A stretch of DNA of 64,000 nucleotides from the NCBI GenBank assembly GCA_003151625.1, contig PLYC01000020.1, positions 28,981-92,980 of the forward strand. Direction: 5' to 3'. Of this stretch, positions 18,118 to 27,804 are shown in pieces. The translations under genes were made by a program, and so were the position numbers. The DNA comes from Candidatus Doudnabacteria bacterium (GTDB lineage: Bacteria; Patescibacteriota; Doudnabacteria; UBA920). Under the pieces are notes generated by a model. It was not told the origin of the DNA, did not search any database, and saw only the letters and a list, made by a program, of their open reading frames with translations. Each line of letters starts with the position of its first letter. Position 1 is the first letter of the stretch.

Positions 18118-18909
18118 ATGAAACTTATAAGTCTAAATTTGTGGGGCGGATATCAGGGCCAGGTTTTGTTCGATTTTCTTAAAGAACAATCCGCGGACAC
18201 TGATATTTTTTGTTTCCAGGAAGTTTTTCGGTCCTCATTTAAGCAAAGCCCTGAAGGTTTTTCGGGTCGAGCAAATTTATTTTCGGAACTGTGCGAATTG
18301 TTGCCGGATCACGAAGGTCATTTTGAAAAAACTTCGCAAAATCACGATAACCTAAAACTAAAAATGGTGGATTTCCCCGTGGACGGAGGGCAGGCGATAT
18401 TCGTAAAAAAAGTTCTTAAGGCCGCGGCTCAAAACACTGTTAAAATTTACGAAGGAATGGGTCGGCCGGTAGATCCAACCAAGGAAAATTTGCCTACCTC
18501 TTTACAAAATGTAGAAATAAAAATAAACGGGAAACTTTTACAGGTTTATAATTATCACGGTATTACTTTTCCCGGCAATAAGCTGGATACGCCCGAAAGG
18601 CTGGAGCAATCAAGTAAAATTGTAAAGGCCATTTCAGTCGCGGAAGGCGAAAAAATTTTGTGCGGGGATTTTAATTTAACAATTAACACCGAAAGTGTAA
18701 ACATTTTGGCGTCCGCGATGAAAGATCTTATAAAAGAGTTTTATATTAAGAACACTCGAAACGAAATTTCCTGGAAAATATATAACAACAAACAGAATTT
18801 TGCGGATTTTACTTTTGTCTCCCTGGGTGTAAAAGCCAAAAATTTTGAAGTCCCATATACTCTTATTTCCGACCATTTGCCGATGATATTAGAGTTTGAT
18901 ATTATATAA
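18118..18909 (+). CDS. endonuclease/exonuclease/phosphatase (EEP) family protein
   Basis: 263 aa; LISLNLWGG...DIFCFQEV N-terminal motif and C-terminal SDHLP motif characteristic of EEP fold. Confidence 0.65.
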   Translation: MKLISLNLWGGYQGQVLFDFLKEQSADTDIFCFQEVFRSSFKQSPEGFSGRANLFSELCELLPDHEGHFEKTSQNHDNLKLKMVDFPVDGGQAIFVKKVLKAAAQNTVKIYEGMGRPVDPTKENLPTSLQNVEIKINGKLLQVYNYHGITFPGNKLDTPERLEQSSKIVKAISVAEGEKILCGDFNLTINTESVNILASAMKDLIKEFYIKNTRNEISWKIYNNKQNFADFTFVSLGVKAKNFEVPYTLISDHLPMILEFDII

Positions 18910-18943
18910 AGGTTCATTGGAGAACTGACAAGGTATTGGACCT

Positions 18944-18971
18944 TTCTTAGCCCCTCGGTTCGGTCCCGCCT
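18944..18971 (+). terminator. weak stem-loop downstream of the EEP gene
   Basis: GTCCCGC-ctcg-GCGGGAC hairpin, not followed by a clear U-tract. Confidence 0.25.
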
Positions 18972-19013
18972 CGGCGGGACACTCGTTCTACGAAACTCAA
19001 TAGACATAACTTT

Positions 19014-19964
19014 ATGAAAAAAACCATATTAATCACAGGGGGCGCGGGTTTTTTGGGTAAAAAGCTGGGACTGTTCCTGAAAGAGAATTACAACGTAGTT
19101 CTGGGCTCGCGGGACAATAAATTAAATTTTTTGGCCGGCCAGGTTACGGGTTGCACGGTAACGCCTTTGGACGTAACCAACATTGAATCTGTCAGGGATG
19201 CGGTTAACGAGTTCAAGCCGGATATAATTATTCATGCCGCGGCCACAAAATTTGTCGACCTTTCGGAAAAATTCCCAATGGAGTGCGTGGATATAAATAT
19301 TTTAGGTTCGCAAAACGTGGCCAGGGTGGCGGTTGATAAAAAAGTCGGGGTGGTAATCGGCATTTCCACGGACAAGGCTTCTCCGCCGGTCCGTAACATT
19401 TACGGAATGTCAAAAGCGGTAATGGAAAGGATTTTTTGTTCAATGAACGAAAAAGCGGAAACAAAATTCGCCTGCGTCCGCTATGGGAACGTGGCATGGT
19501 CTACTGGTTCGGTTTTGCCCATTTGGAGCGAGATGCATAAGAACACTGGAGTCGTTGGCACCACGGGCCCTGAAATGCGCAGGTTCTTTTTTACCGTGGA
19601 TGAAGCGGTGCAACTGGTAAATACGGCATTGGAGAATATAGAAGAAGTTAAAGGGAAAGTTTTGTCTCGGGAAATGAAGTCCGCCCAAATTGAGGATATT
19701 TTAAAAGTTTGGGTAAAGAGCAAGGGCGGCAGGTATGAAAAAATTGTGGGACGCCCGGGGGAGAGGAATGACGAATATTTAATCGGCGAAATTGAACTGC
19801 CGTATACCACGGAAAAAACTTTTAACGGCATTAAGCATTTTATTATCAGCTTTAACCAAAAAGCCAAAAAGCCTTTGGCGCAGGTTTATTCTTCCGCGAA
19901 TGCCAAAAGGCTGAGCGATAAAGAAATACTGCAGTTAATTACTAATATTCCTTCCAATGTTTAA
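19014..19964 (+). CDS. CapD/PseB-like NAD-dependent sugar-nucleotide dehydratase/epimerase (short form)
   Basis: 316 aa; ILITGGAGFLGKKL Rossmann motif and ISTDKASPPVRNIYGMSKAVMERIF hallmark of the polysaccharide biosynthesis CapD family. Confidence 0.7.
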   Translation: MKKTILITGGAGFLGKKLGLFLKENYNVVLGSRDNKLNFLAGQVTGCTVTPLDVTNIESVRDAVNEFKPDIIIHAAATKFVDLSEKFPMECVDINILGSQNVARVAVDKKVGVVIGISTDKASPPVRNIYGMSKAVMERIFCSMNEKAETKFACVRYGNVAWSTGSVLPIWSEMHKNTGVVGTTGPEMRRFFFTVDEAVQLVNTALENIEEVKGKVLSREMKSAQIEDILKVWVKSKGGRYEKIVGRPGERNDEYLIGEIELPYTTEKTFNGIKHFIISFNQKAKKPLAQVYSSANAKRLSDKEILQLITNIPSNV

Positions 19965-20628
19965 AAATCTTGTGGTAATGGCCGCGGGACGTTCGGTACG
20001 GATGTGGCCGCTTACGGAATATGTTCCCAAAGCCATGGCTTTGGCCGACGGCAAAACTCTTTTGCAGACCACGGTGGAAAAATTCAGCGGGCAGGGAATA
20101 AATATTCATTTGACGGTTGGTTACAAAAGCGAAGTTTTGGCGCCTTACGCGCTTTCGCTTGGCGTAAATACTTTGGTCAATACAAACGGCCAGGGTAATT
20201 CCTGGTGGATTTACAACACTGTCCTTTCGGAATTGAGCGAGCCGATTATGGTTTTGACTTGTGACAGTTTAATGGATATCGATGTTAAAAAGCTGGAAGC
20301 GGATTACAAAAAGTTCGGCGAGCCCGCGTGCATGCTTTTGCCGGTGCATCCCAAAGAGGGGTTTGAAGGCGACTTTATTCATCAGGAGCAGGGGAGAGTG
20401 ACTGCATTGGACCGAAAGCAAAAAACCGACCTATATGGTTCGGGCTGTCAGGTTTTAAACCCCAAGAAAATCGCGGCGCTCACAAAGCCGGCCGACGACT
20501 TTTTGGGCGTTTGGTCCCAGCTTATTGCCCAAAAGCAGCTTTACTGCGCCGGCTTTACGGCGGAAAACTGGTTTACTTTTGACAGCGTGGAGCAGTTGAA
20601 GATTTATAGATCCCAAAAAAATATTTAA
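19957..20628 (+). CDS. sugar-/alditol-phosphate cytidylyltransferase (IspD/TarI-like nucleotidyltransferase)
   Basis: 223 aa; VVMAAGRSVRMWPLTEYVPKAMALADGKTLL resembles the IspD/TarI AAG.G.RM...PKQ.L N-terminal motif; overlaps upstream gene by 8 bp. Confidence 0.5.
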   Translation: MFKNLVVMAAGRSVRMWPLTEYVPKAMALADGKTLLQTTVEKFSGQGINIHLTVGYKSEVLAPYALSLGVNTLVNTNGQGNSWWIYNTVLSELSEPIMVLTCDSLMDIDVKKLEADYKKFGEPACMLLPVHPKEGFEGDFIHQEQGRVTALDRKQKTDLYGSGCQVLNPKKIAALTKPADDFLGVWSQLIAQKQLYCAGFTAENWFTFDSVEQLKIYRSQKNI

Positions 20629-20649
20629 CTTACCGTTTGAACCACCGTA

Positions 20650-21591
20650 ATGGACCAATTGCCTTTTTACATTATTACATCCGACGCCACTTCGGGAATT
20701 TTGCCGGCCGCGGGTTATTTATACAACAAGTACTGGCAGCCGGACGGCGGCCAGAAATTTAAAGTCTTGGGGAACCATCCACCTGCACAAAAATTGGCGG
20801 ATAATTTTGAGTTTGTAAAAATCAAAGACGAGAATAACATCCAAAAATGGACGCGGTACATTTACGACTACATTGCCAAAAACAATACGGCTGAATATTT
20901 TGTTTTGGCTTTGGATGACTATTTGCCCAACCAAAAATTGCGCCCGGAAATTTTAAGCGGTTTATTATCTTATGCCAAAAACCATGGGAAAGTCGGGCGT
21001 ATTGAACTAGGGCAATGGGAAGAGTGGAGGTATGAGCCTGTTGAAAAATTGGAAAATTATGAAATTGTGAAATTAAAAAACAACGCGCGGTATCGGACGT
21101 TACAAATAAAACCGAGCGCTAATTACCGGATTTCGCCGCAAATTTCCGTGTGGAACCGGGAATACTTTTTGAAATATTTTAACCATGACTGGACGCCGTG
21201 GCAGCTTGAGCTTACAGGCTCGGAGCTTGCGCGCAACGACGGCTGGGAGGTTATTGCTGCCATAAACGGCAGTCCGTTTGACTGGGTGGCGGAAAGCGCG
21301 CTTTCCGGCCGTTGGCCTGGCATGGTGAATATTTTAGGCATGCCTGGGCAGGATGTTAAGGAATTGATAGATTTAAAATTCTTTGACCCCGCTACGCTCC
21401 AATACGGCATTTGGTACGAATGCAGAATCCCGTTTTTATCCAGGTTTCAGTCAATTTCCAAAAAACTTACCCGCATACCAAAATTTTTAGAAATTGGATA
21501 TGAGTTTGACTGGGATATGATAAGATTATCCGTGAGAAGCAGGACACTGCAGAGGTTGCAGAAACATTACAAAAATGTTTACGAGGAATAA
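20650..21591 (+). CDS. hypothetical protein within glycan operon
   Basis: 313 aa, no recognisable signature; operon position suggests glycan-related function. Confidence 0.4.
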   Translation: MDQLPFYIITSDATSGILPAAGYLYNKYWQPDGGQKFKVLGNHPPAQKLADNFEFVKIKDENNIQKWTRYIYDYIAKNNTAEYFVLALDDYLPNQKLRPEILSGLLSYAKNHGKVGRIELGQWEEWRYEPVEKLENYEIVKLKNNARYRTLQIKPSANYRISPQISVWNREYFLKYFNHDWTPWQLELTGSELARNDGWEVIAAINGSPFDWVAESALSGRWPGMVNILGMPGQDVKELIDLKFFDPATLQYGIWYECRIPFLSRFQSISKKLTRIPKFLEIGYEFDWDMIRLSVRSRTLQRLQKHYKNVYEE

Positions 21592-21657
21592 TTTAAAACT
21601 TACGCATCGCGTAGAGGCAAGTCTTAAATCTGAAAAACCGGTAGCTTTATACTCAAC

Positions 21658-23118
21658 ATGACTTTCAACTCCTTAGCATTTTTTATTTTCTTCCCGGTAG
21701 TTACCATTTTTTATTTTTACCTGCCTCACAAGTGGCGCTGGCTTTTTTTGCTTTTGGCCAGCTGCGTGTTTTATATGTTTTTAATTCCGGTTTATATTTT
21801 AATTTTGGCCGGAACCATTGTTATAGACTACATTGCGGGAATTTTAATTGAAAATTCCCGGGGGCATCGCAGAAAAATATTTTTAATAGTTAGTATTATT
21901 TCCAACGTAGGGGTTTTGGGATTTTTTAAATACTTTAATTTTTTTACCTCAAATTTTAACCACGTTGCCTCCCTTGTCCACTGGAATTATTCCCTGCCGC
22001 TTTTGGCCATAATTTTGCCTATTGGGCTGTCTTTCCATACTTTTCAGGCCATGAGCTACACCATCGAAGTTTACCGCGGAAAACAGAAAGCCGAGCGACA
22101 TTTTGGAATTTATGCGCTTTATGTTATGTTTTTTCCGCAGTTGGTGGCCGGGCCCATTGAACGGCCGCAGAATTTATTGCACCAGTTTTATGAGCCGCAC
22201 CAATTTGAATACAAACGGGTAACGGACGGTTTAAAGCGCGTTGGCGTGGGGCTGTTTAAGAAAGTTGTTATAGCCGACAGGCTTGCTGTATTGGTGAATC
22301 ACGTTTACGGCAATGTCCACGCTTACTCGGGACCCTCGTTGGTTTTGGCCGTGATATTTTTTAGCTACCAGATTTATTGCGATTTTTCCGGATACTCCGA
22401 CATTGCCATAGGCACGGCCCAGGTTTTGGGTTTTAATTTAATGGAGAATTTTAAGCGGCCTTATTATTCCAAATCCATTGCCGAATTTTGGCGGCGCTGG
22501 CACATTTCACTTTCCAGCTGGTTTCGGGATTATGTTTATATTCCTTTAGGCGGCAGCCGTGTGTCTTTGGGGAAGTGGGTATTCAATACTTTGGTGGTGT
22601 TTATGCTTTCGGGACTTTGGCACGGCGCCAACTGGACATTTGTTATTTGGGGGGGCCTGCACGGCGCCATGATTGCCCTGTCCAGGATTACAGAACCGCT
22701 TCGCCAGAAAGCCGTAAATTTTTTCCATTTAGCACAAACGGAATTTTATAAAATTTTCCAGATTGGGATAACTTTTTTGCTGGTCAGTCTGGCTTGGATA
22801 CTGTTCCGCGCCAATAGCCTGGGCGACGCGGTTTATGTTTTTACCCATTTGCTCGCGGGGAACTGGAATATTTTTAGTCTGAATCAAGTCAGGCTGCTGC
22901 TTGGGGGAATGGGTTTTACGTTTGACGCATTTTTGCTTAGCATTTGCGCTATTTTGGTTTTGGAACTGGTCCAGCTAAAACAGCGGCAAAATTCTATTTT
23001 AGAAGTTTTGGCCGGACAGCCGGTATGGCTGCGGTGGGGAATATACTACGTGGTGGTTTTGGCGCTGTTATTTTTTGGCGTCCAGGGCGGTTCGAAATTT
23101 ATTTATTTTCAATTTTAA
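21658..23118 (+). CDS. MBOAT-family membrane-bound O-acyltransferase (AlgI/DltB-like), copy 1
   Basis: 486 aa polytopic; conserved FHTFQAMSYTIEVYRG, FPQLVAGPIERP, WRRWHISLSSWFRDYVYIPLGG (catalytic His region). Confidence 0.8.
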   Translation: MTFNSLAFFIFFPVVTIFYFYLPHKWRWLFLLLASCVFYMFLIPVYILILAGTIVIDYIAGILIENSRGHRRKIFLIVSIISNVGVLGFFKYFNFFTSNFNHVASLVHWNYSLPLLAIILPIGLSFHTFQAMSYTIEVYRGKQKAERHFGIYALYVMFFPQLVAGPIERPQNLLHQFYEPHQFEYKRVTDGLKRVGVGLFKKVVIADRLAVLVNHVYGNVHAYSGPSLVLAVIFFSYQIYCDFSGYSDIAIGTAQVLGFNLMENFKRPYYSKSIAEFWRRWHISLSSWFRDYVYIPLGGSRVSLGKWVFNTLVVFMLSGLWHGANWTFVIWGGLHGAMIALSRITEPLRQKAVNFFHLAQTEFYKIFQIGITFLLVSLAWILFRANSLGDAVYVFTHLLAGNWNIFSLNQVRLLLGGMGFTFDAFLLSICAILVLELVQLKQRQNSILEVLAGQPVWLRWGIYYVVVLALLFFGVQGGSKFIYFQF

Positions 23119-23120
23119 CT

Positions 23121-24215
23121 ATGGCCGAACAGAACCGGGATATTAAAAAATTTGTTACCAGGGCAATTTTATTTGCGTTGCCTTTTTTGCTGGTAATATT
23201 TGCCGAGGTTATATTTTTACCTATTGACGCGTTTACTTTCCGTGTTTGGGAAGCGGCAGAAGTCGGTGCCCTGGGAAAGGCATTGCTTCCCGGGACTTAT
23301 TATCCTACTCTTCATATAATCAAAAATGAAGTGGGGGACTTGGGTCCGCATACCAAATATGCCGTAAAAAGAAACGTGGTTTGGAATACCGACCAATTTG
23401 GTTACCGGACCGAAAATTCTACCACCACGCCTGAAGTTGTTATTGTGGGGGATTCCACCATTGTGGGCACCGGCCTTTCGCAGCCGGATATTCTTTCGGA
23501 AGTTTTACAAAAGAAAACCGGACTCGCTACCTATCCTTTGGCCGCTTCCGGAATAGACCAATTTTTGGCAAGTCCGAGGTTTATTAACCATCCGCCAAAA
23601 GTAGTTGTACTGGCGTCCATAGAACGCAGTATTGTAAATACGCCAATGGCCCCATACTCAGGCCTTAGCGGCAAACTTAAAACATTTGTCAGGGATTTTG
23701 CTCAAACCAAATTTGTGGCGGCTTTGCGTCCGGTTACGATTTTTGTGGACAGACTGCTAAAGCAAAATATGTACCATTATTTTAAAGCCAGAATAGAAAG
23801 CGTAATGGTTCCTTCTTCTTTGCTCGTCTATAACACTCCAAAGCCAATGCTATTTTTGCAGGGCGATGCCGCTAATTTGCCGGTTCCAAACACGGACACC
23901 AACAGGGTTGCCCAAAGCCTCAAGCAGCTTAAAATTTTACTGGCAGCCCGCGGCATCAGGTTTATATTTTTACCGGTTCCCGACAAAGAAGATATTTATT
24001 GGCAATATATGCCGGCAAAAAAGCAGCCGATTTTTTTGCCGCAACTGATAAAGGAGCTTAAGGCCAATGGGGTCGAAGTGGTTGATACCCAGGCAATTTT
24101 TTCCGAGGAGTTAGCCAAAAACCAAACCCAGCTTTACCAGACCGACGACACACACTGGAACGCCGCAGGCGTCGAGCTTACAGCAGAAGCTCTTGCCCGC
24201 ATGTTAAAACCTTAA
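23121..24215 (+). CDS. SGNH/GDSL-fold O-acyltransferase partner (AlgJ/AlgX/DltD-like)
   Basis: 365 aa from ATG 23121 (the ORF-track start at 22944 overlaps the MBOAT and is rejected); N-terminal anchor, VVIVGDSTIVGTG (GDS block) and DDTHWN (DxxH block). Confidence 0.6.
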   Translation: MAEQNRDIKKFVTRAILFALPFLLVIFAEVIFLPIDAFTFRVWEAAEVGALGKALLPGTYYPTLHIIKNEVGDLGPHTKYAVKRNVVWNTDQFGYRTENSTTTPEVVIVGDSTIVGTGLSQPDILSEVLQKKTGLATYPLAASGIDQFLASPRFINHPPKVVVLASIERSIVNTPMAPYSGLSGKLKTFVRDFAQTKFVAALRPVTIFVDRLLKQNMYHYFKARIESVMVPSSLLVYNTPKPMLFLQGDAANLPVPNTDTNRVAQSLKQLKILLAARGIRFIFLPVPDKEDIYWQYMPAKKQPIFLPQLIKELKANGVEVVDTQAIFSEELAKNQTQLYQTDDTHWNAAGVELTAEALARMLKP

Positions 24216-24298
24216 TTCATTCTCAAACGACGCTGTTTATGCTAAAATTTACTATATTATAAGCTAATTGGCTGTGTCGGCTTGTGGAATAAAATAGT

Positions 24299-25840
24299 AT
24301 GGATAGCGCGTCGCTTTCTTATAAGACACTAAAAAATGTCAGTTACAGTTTAGTCGGCTATGTTTGGCCGATAGTCTTTTCCATTTTTGTTACCCCAATA
24401 GTCCTGCATAGGCTAGGGCTGGCAAATTACGGCATTTATGTTTTGGTAAATACGATTATCGGCTTTTTAACCTTGCTCGATTTGGGTCTCGCTTCCGCGC
24501 TTATCAAATACATTGCCGAATATCAGGCGGCCGGCAACGAGGAAGGTTTGAGAAAATTGCTTAACTCGGCCCATACCCTGTATCTTTTCATAGCATTTAT
24601 TGGTTTGGCGGTTTTTCTTTTTTTGGGAAAGTTTTTTTTGCCGATATTTCATATTACCGGCATGACGACTTCCCATATTTTTGTGGTATTTGCTTTGGCT
24701 GGTGCCGCTTTTTTTGTTATTACTTGGGGGTATGTTTACGCCGCTGTGCCGGCGGCTCTTCAGCGTTATGATATTACCACCAAGCTTAGTATGTTCCAGC
24801 TGACATTTTTTAATTTGGGTATGCTGGCGCTGGTGATAATGGGTTTCCAACTCAAAGCTATTATGACTCTGTATTTATTTTTTAATATAATTTTGGTTTT
24901 GGTTTTCCGCTATTATTTTAAACAATTATTGCCCGGGTTTGAGCTGTCTTTTGGCTGGGACCGGAAAGAACTGAAAAAATCTTACAGGTTTGGGGTGTTT
25001 GCCGCAATTACCAATTTATCCGCCACTTCGCTGTTCCAGCTGGACCGTTTTTTAATCCCCATATTTTTGGGACCGGCTTTGCTGACTTACTACACCCTCC
25101 CCGGCAATGTGGCCCAAAAGGTTTCGGGCGTATCGAGCAGCTTAACTCAAGTTCTTTTTCCATTATCCAGTTCTTTGTTCGGCAGCGGAGAACAGGAAAA
25201 AGTCGGCATGGTTTACCGACGCACCGTGCGTAATTTGGCGGTTGTGGCCGCCGCGGGCTCAACCGCTTGCGTGCTTTTTGCCTATCCCATTTTGCTGTTT
25301 TGGCTGGGGCGGGATTTCGCCGACCAGGGCTGGAAAATATTAATTATTTTGGCAGCCACACACTATCTTTTGTCTTTGTATAGTCCGGTATATTTTTGTC
25401 TAATGGGTTTGGGCAAATCCAAGTTTTTAATGTATTTGTCTTTGTTTCTGGCCGTTGTTAATATTGCATTCCTTATAATTTTAGTGCCGCACTACGGAAT
25501 AGTAGGAGCAGCCTGGGCTTATTTGGCCGGCGTTCTGCCCATACCGTTTTTGGCCGCTTGGGTGGAGCAAAAATATTTGGGGCTTAAGGGAATCGCGGCG
25601 TTTTATTTAAAGCTTTACGCGAAGCTGTTTTTTACCGCCGGCGCGGTATATGTTTTGGTCAGGTTTGTACTGATGAAGTTCGCGGTTAGCCTTTACTCGC
25701 TAATGGCTGTTGGCCTGCTTTCGGCTGCGCTTTATTTGCTGTTTTATAAACTGTTTGGTTTTATGGAAACGGAAGACTGGGTACTGCTTAAATCTTTTAT
25801 CCTAAAAATTAAGCAAAAAGTTATTCCTGTAAAAGTTTAA
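24299..25840 (+). CDS. Wzx-type oligosaccharide flippase (MOP superfamily)
   Basis: 513 aa, ~14 TM; N-terminal LKNVSYSLVGYVWPIVFSIFVTPIVLHRLGLANYGIYVLVNTIIGFLTLLDLGL typical of Wzx/polysaccharide biosynthesis proteins. Confidence 0.7.
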   Translation: MDSASLSYKTLKNVSYSLVGYVWPIVFSIFVTPIVLHRLGLANYGIYVLVNTIIGFLTLLDLGLASALIKYIAEYQAAGNEEGLRKLLNSAHTLYLFIAFIGLAVFLFLGKFFLPIFHITGMTTSHIFVVFALAGAAFFVITWGYVYAAVPAALQRYDITTKLSMFQLTFFNLGMLALVIMGFQLKAIMTLYLFFNIILVLVFRYYFKQLLPGFELSFGWDRKELKKSYRFGVFAAITNLSATSLFQLDRFLIPIFLGPALLTYYTLPGNVAQKVSGVSSSLTQVLFPLSSSLFGSGEQEKVGMVYRRTVRNLAVVAAAGSTACVLFAYPILLFWLGRDFADQGWKILIILAATHYLLSLYSPVYFCLMGLGKSKFLMYLSLFLAVVNIAFLIILVPHYGIVGAAWAYLAGVLPIPFLAAWVEQKYLGLKGIAAFYLKLYAKLFFTAGAVYVLVRFVLMKFAVSLYSLMAVGLLSAALYLLFYKLFGFMETEDWVLLKSFILKIKQKVIPVKV

Positions 25841-25858
25841 TTTAACAAACGTGATTTT

Positions 25859-26851
25859 ATGAAGCTCACAGTCGTTATTCCTGTTTATAACCAGCCGGAA
25901 CTTTGCCGGCAGTGCCTGCGGAGTTTAAAGTCGCAAACTTTCCGCGATTTTGGAATTGTTTTGGTGGACGACGGCGGGAGCAGGGACTATAAAGGTTTAA
26001 TTAAAGAGTTTCCGGAACAGCAAATTAATTATGAGAGAAACGAGAAAAATTTAGGCGCGATTTTAAATATTTTTTACACAATTTTTTATCCCGTGCAAAC
26101 CGAGTACGTTATGTCCATGCACGAAGACGATCTATTGCACCCGAGCTTTTTGGAACGGGCTGTTAATGTGCTGGATACCCATCCGCAGAGCGAGTTTGCG
26201 GGAAGCAAAGGTATTTTTTTTGACGAAGAGGCGGAAGCGTTAAAATTGGCGGCCAAAAACGAATTACCCGTAAAAGTTTCGGAATTTGGTGCAGCGGATT
26301 TTGTCAGGTTTATTTTAGGAGGCAGCCCTTTTATGCTGGGTTCCGCGGTTTATCGAAGTCAGGCATTGCTAACAGCGCCAAAGCCAAATTTGGCAGGCCT
26401 TTCGGTTTCCTGCGACCGCCCGTTTCTGGTAGACTTGATAGGGGATAACACCTGTCTGGTTTTTAATGAACCGATGTTTTACTCCCGAAGGCACGGCAAG
26501 AAGGATATGCGCGGCAAAGACATGGACTGGCAACAAGTATTTGGGCTTTATGAATATTACAGAAGCCGTTTGCCACAGCCGCTTTCGTTAAAAGACCAAA
26601 GATTATTTTTAACCAGTTCCACAAATAATTTACTGCTTTCTTACCGAAGTTTGTTTCCGGACAAACGGCCTTCGCGTTTTTTATATATCGGGGAAGGGAA
26701 GAGGCGTGGCCTTATTAAATTCGACAAGCTTAACTCCAAAGGCAGTTTTGGTTTGCTCTCCATGTGTTTAGGTTCCACATTTTCCTTTTATTTATTAAAA
26801 GCCGTCCAGGGGTTGCGGCAGAAAATTAAACCGAGCCCTTATCAGACATAA
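25859..26851 (+). CDS. glycosyltransferase family 2
   Basis: 330 aa; LTVVIPVYNQPELCRQCLRSLKSQTFRDFGIVLVDDGGS. Confidence 0.7.
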   Translation: MKLTVVIPVYNQPELCRQCLRSLKSQTFRDFGIVLVDDGGSRDYKGLIKEFPEQQINYERNEKNLGAILNIFYTIFYPVQTEYVMSMHEDDLLHPSFLERAVNVLDTHPQSEFAGSKGIFFDEEAEALKLAAKNELPVKVSEFGAADFVRFILGGSPFMLGSAVYRSQALLTAPKPNLAGLSVSCDRPFLVDLIGDNTCLVFNEPMFYSRRHGKKDMRGKDMDWQQVFGLYEYYRSRLPQPLSLKDQRLFLTSSTNNLLLSYRSLFPDKRPSRFLYIGEGKRRGLIKFDKLNSKGSFGLLSMCLGSTFSFYLLKAVQGLRQKIKPSPYQT

Positions 26852-26857
26852 CGATTT

Positions 26858-27778
26858 ATGAATAACCCAACAGCGCATAAATTTATTTGGAGGCTAAAGT
26901 GGTTAAAAAAAAGTTTTTTTCCTTTGTTGGCCGCAGTAATTTTTGATTTTTCCAAACAACCCTGGAGATATATTCTTGACTATCCTGTTTTGCCGGCCAG
27001 TGCCCGCTATTTAAAGTCCGAGTATTATTTGCGTAAATATTTTAAATACCAGGACCAGGGTGATTCCATTTTTGTGGACTTCCACGGTTTGAAATTTAAA
27101 ATTGAAAAAAAGTTTGTCAGTACCCCTGAGCAGTTAAACTGTTTGCTGGTGGAATATTTTGACATTATTTATGCTTCCGAAGTTAGTTTCCCTATACCCG
27201 GGGTAATGCCGGAAGGTCCTTATGAAAAGGATCCAGTAAAGCTTGAACCTGGCGACGTGGTTATTGACGGCGGCGCTAATTTTGGCTACTTTTCATTTTT
27301 TGCCGCAAATAAAATCGGGCCGGGCGGCAAAGTTTACGCCTTTGAACCGATTTCTTACTTGGGTGAGAGTTTGGAAAGCAACAAGGCCCAAAACAAAAAC
27401 GGCAATATTATTACCAGCTGCCGGTATGCCTTAGGCAACTCGCAGGATGACTTGGAATTCAGTTTTTCTTTTGAAAATATCGGCAGCGCATCCGCGTCTT
27501 TTAAAGGCAGTGAAAAAATAAAAGTCAGCCAGACCACCATAGACGACTTTGTGCAAAAAAATTCTTTGGACAAGGTCTCGTTCATAAAAATGGACATAGA
27601 GGGGATGGAGAGGGATGCTTTGGGGGGGGCTTTCTCTACCATTAAGCGCTTCAAGCCAAAATTGGCTATTTGCACCTACCACTATAAGGAAGACAGAGAA
27701 TTGCTCACACAAATTATTAAAGGCATAAGGCCGGATTATAATTTTGCATATTCCGACATGAAACTGTTTGCCCGGTAA
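26858..27778 (+). CDS. FkbM-family methyltransferase
   Basis: 306 aa; VVIDGGANFGYFSFFAANKIGPGGKVYAFEP matches the FkbM domain core. Confidence 0.7.
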   Translation: MNNPTAHKFIWRLKWLKKSFFPLLAAVIFDFSKQPWRYILDYPVLPASARYLKSEYYLRKYFKYQDQGDSIFVDFHGLKFKIEKKFVSTPEQLNCLLVEYFDIIYASEVSFPIPGVMPEGPYEKDPVKLEPGDVVIDGGANFGYFSFFAANKIGPGGKVYAFEPISYLGESLESNKAQNKNGNIITSCRYALGNSQDDLEFSFSFENIGSASASFKGSEKIKVSQTTIDDFVQKNSLDKVSFIKMDIEGMERDALGGAFSTIKRFKPKLAICTYHYKEDRELLTQIIKGIRPDYNFAYSDMKLFAR

Positions 27779-27804
27779 AAATGTAATTTAGGACGGAAAA
27801 GCCT

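Noticed and set aside
22944-23120. ORF-track start for the SGNH partner gene at 22944 (MRYFGFG...)
   Set aside because: This N-terminal extension overlaps the 3' end of the MBOAT gene in another frame; the in-frame ATG at 23121, 2 nt after the MBOAT stop, gives a typical signal-anchor N-terminus, so the gene is called 23121-24215.
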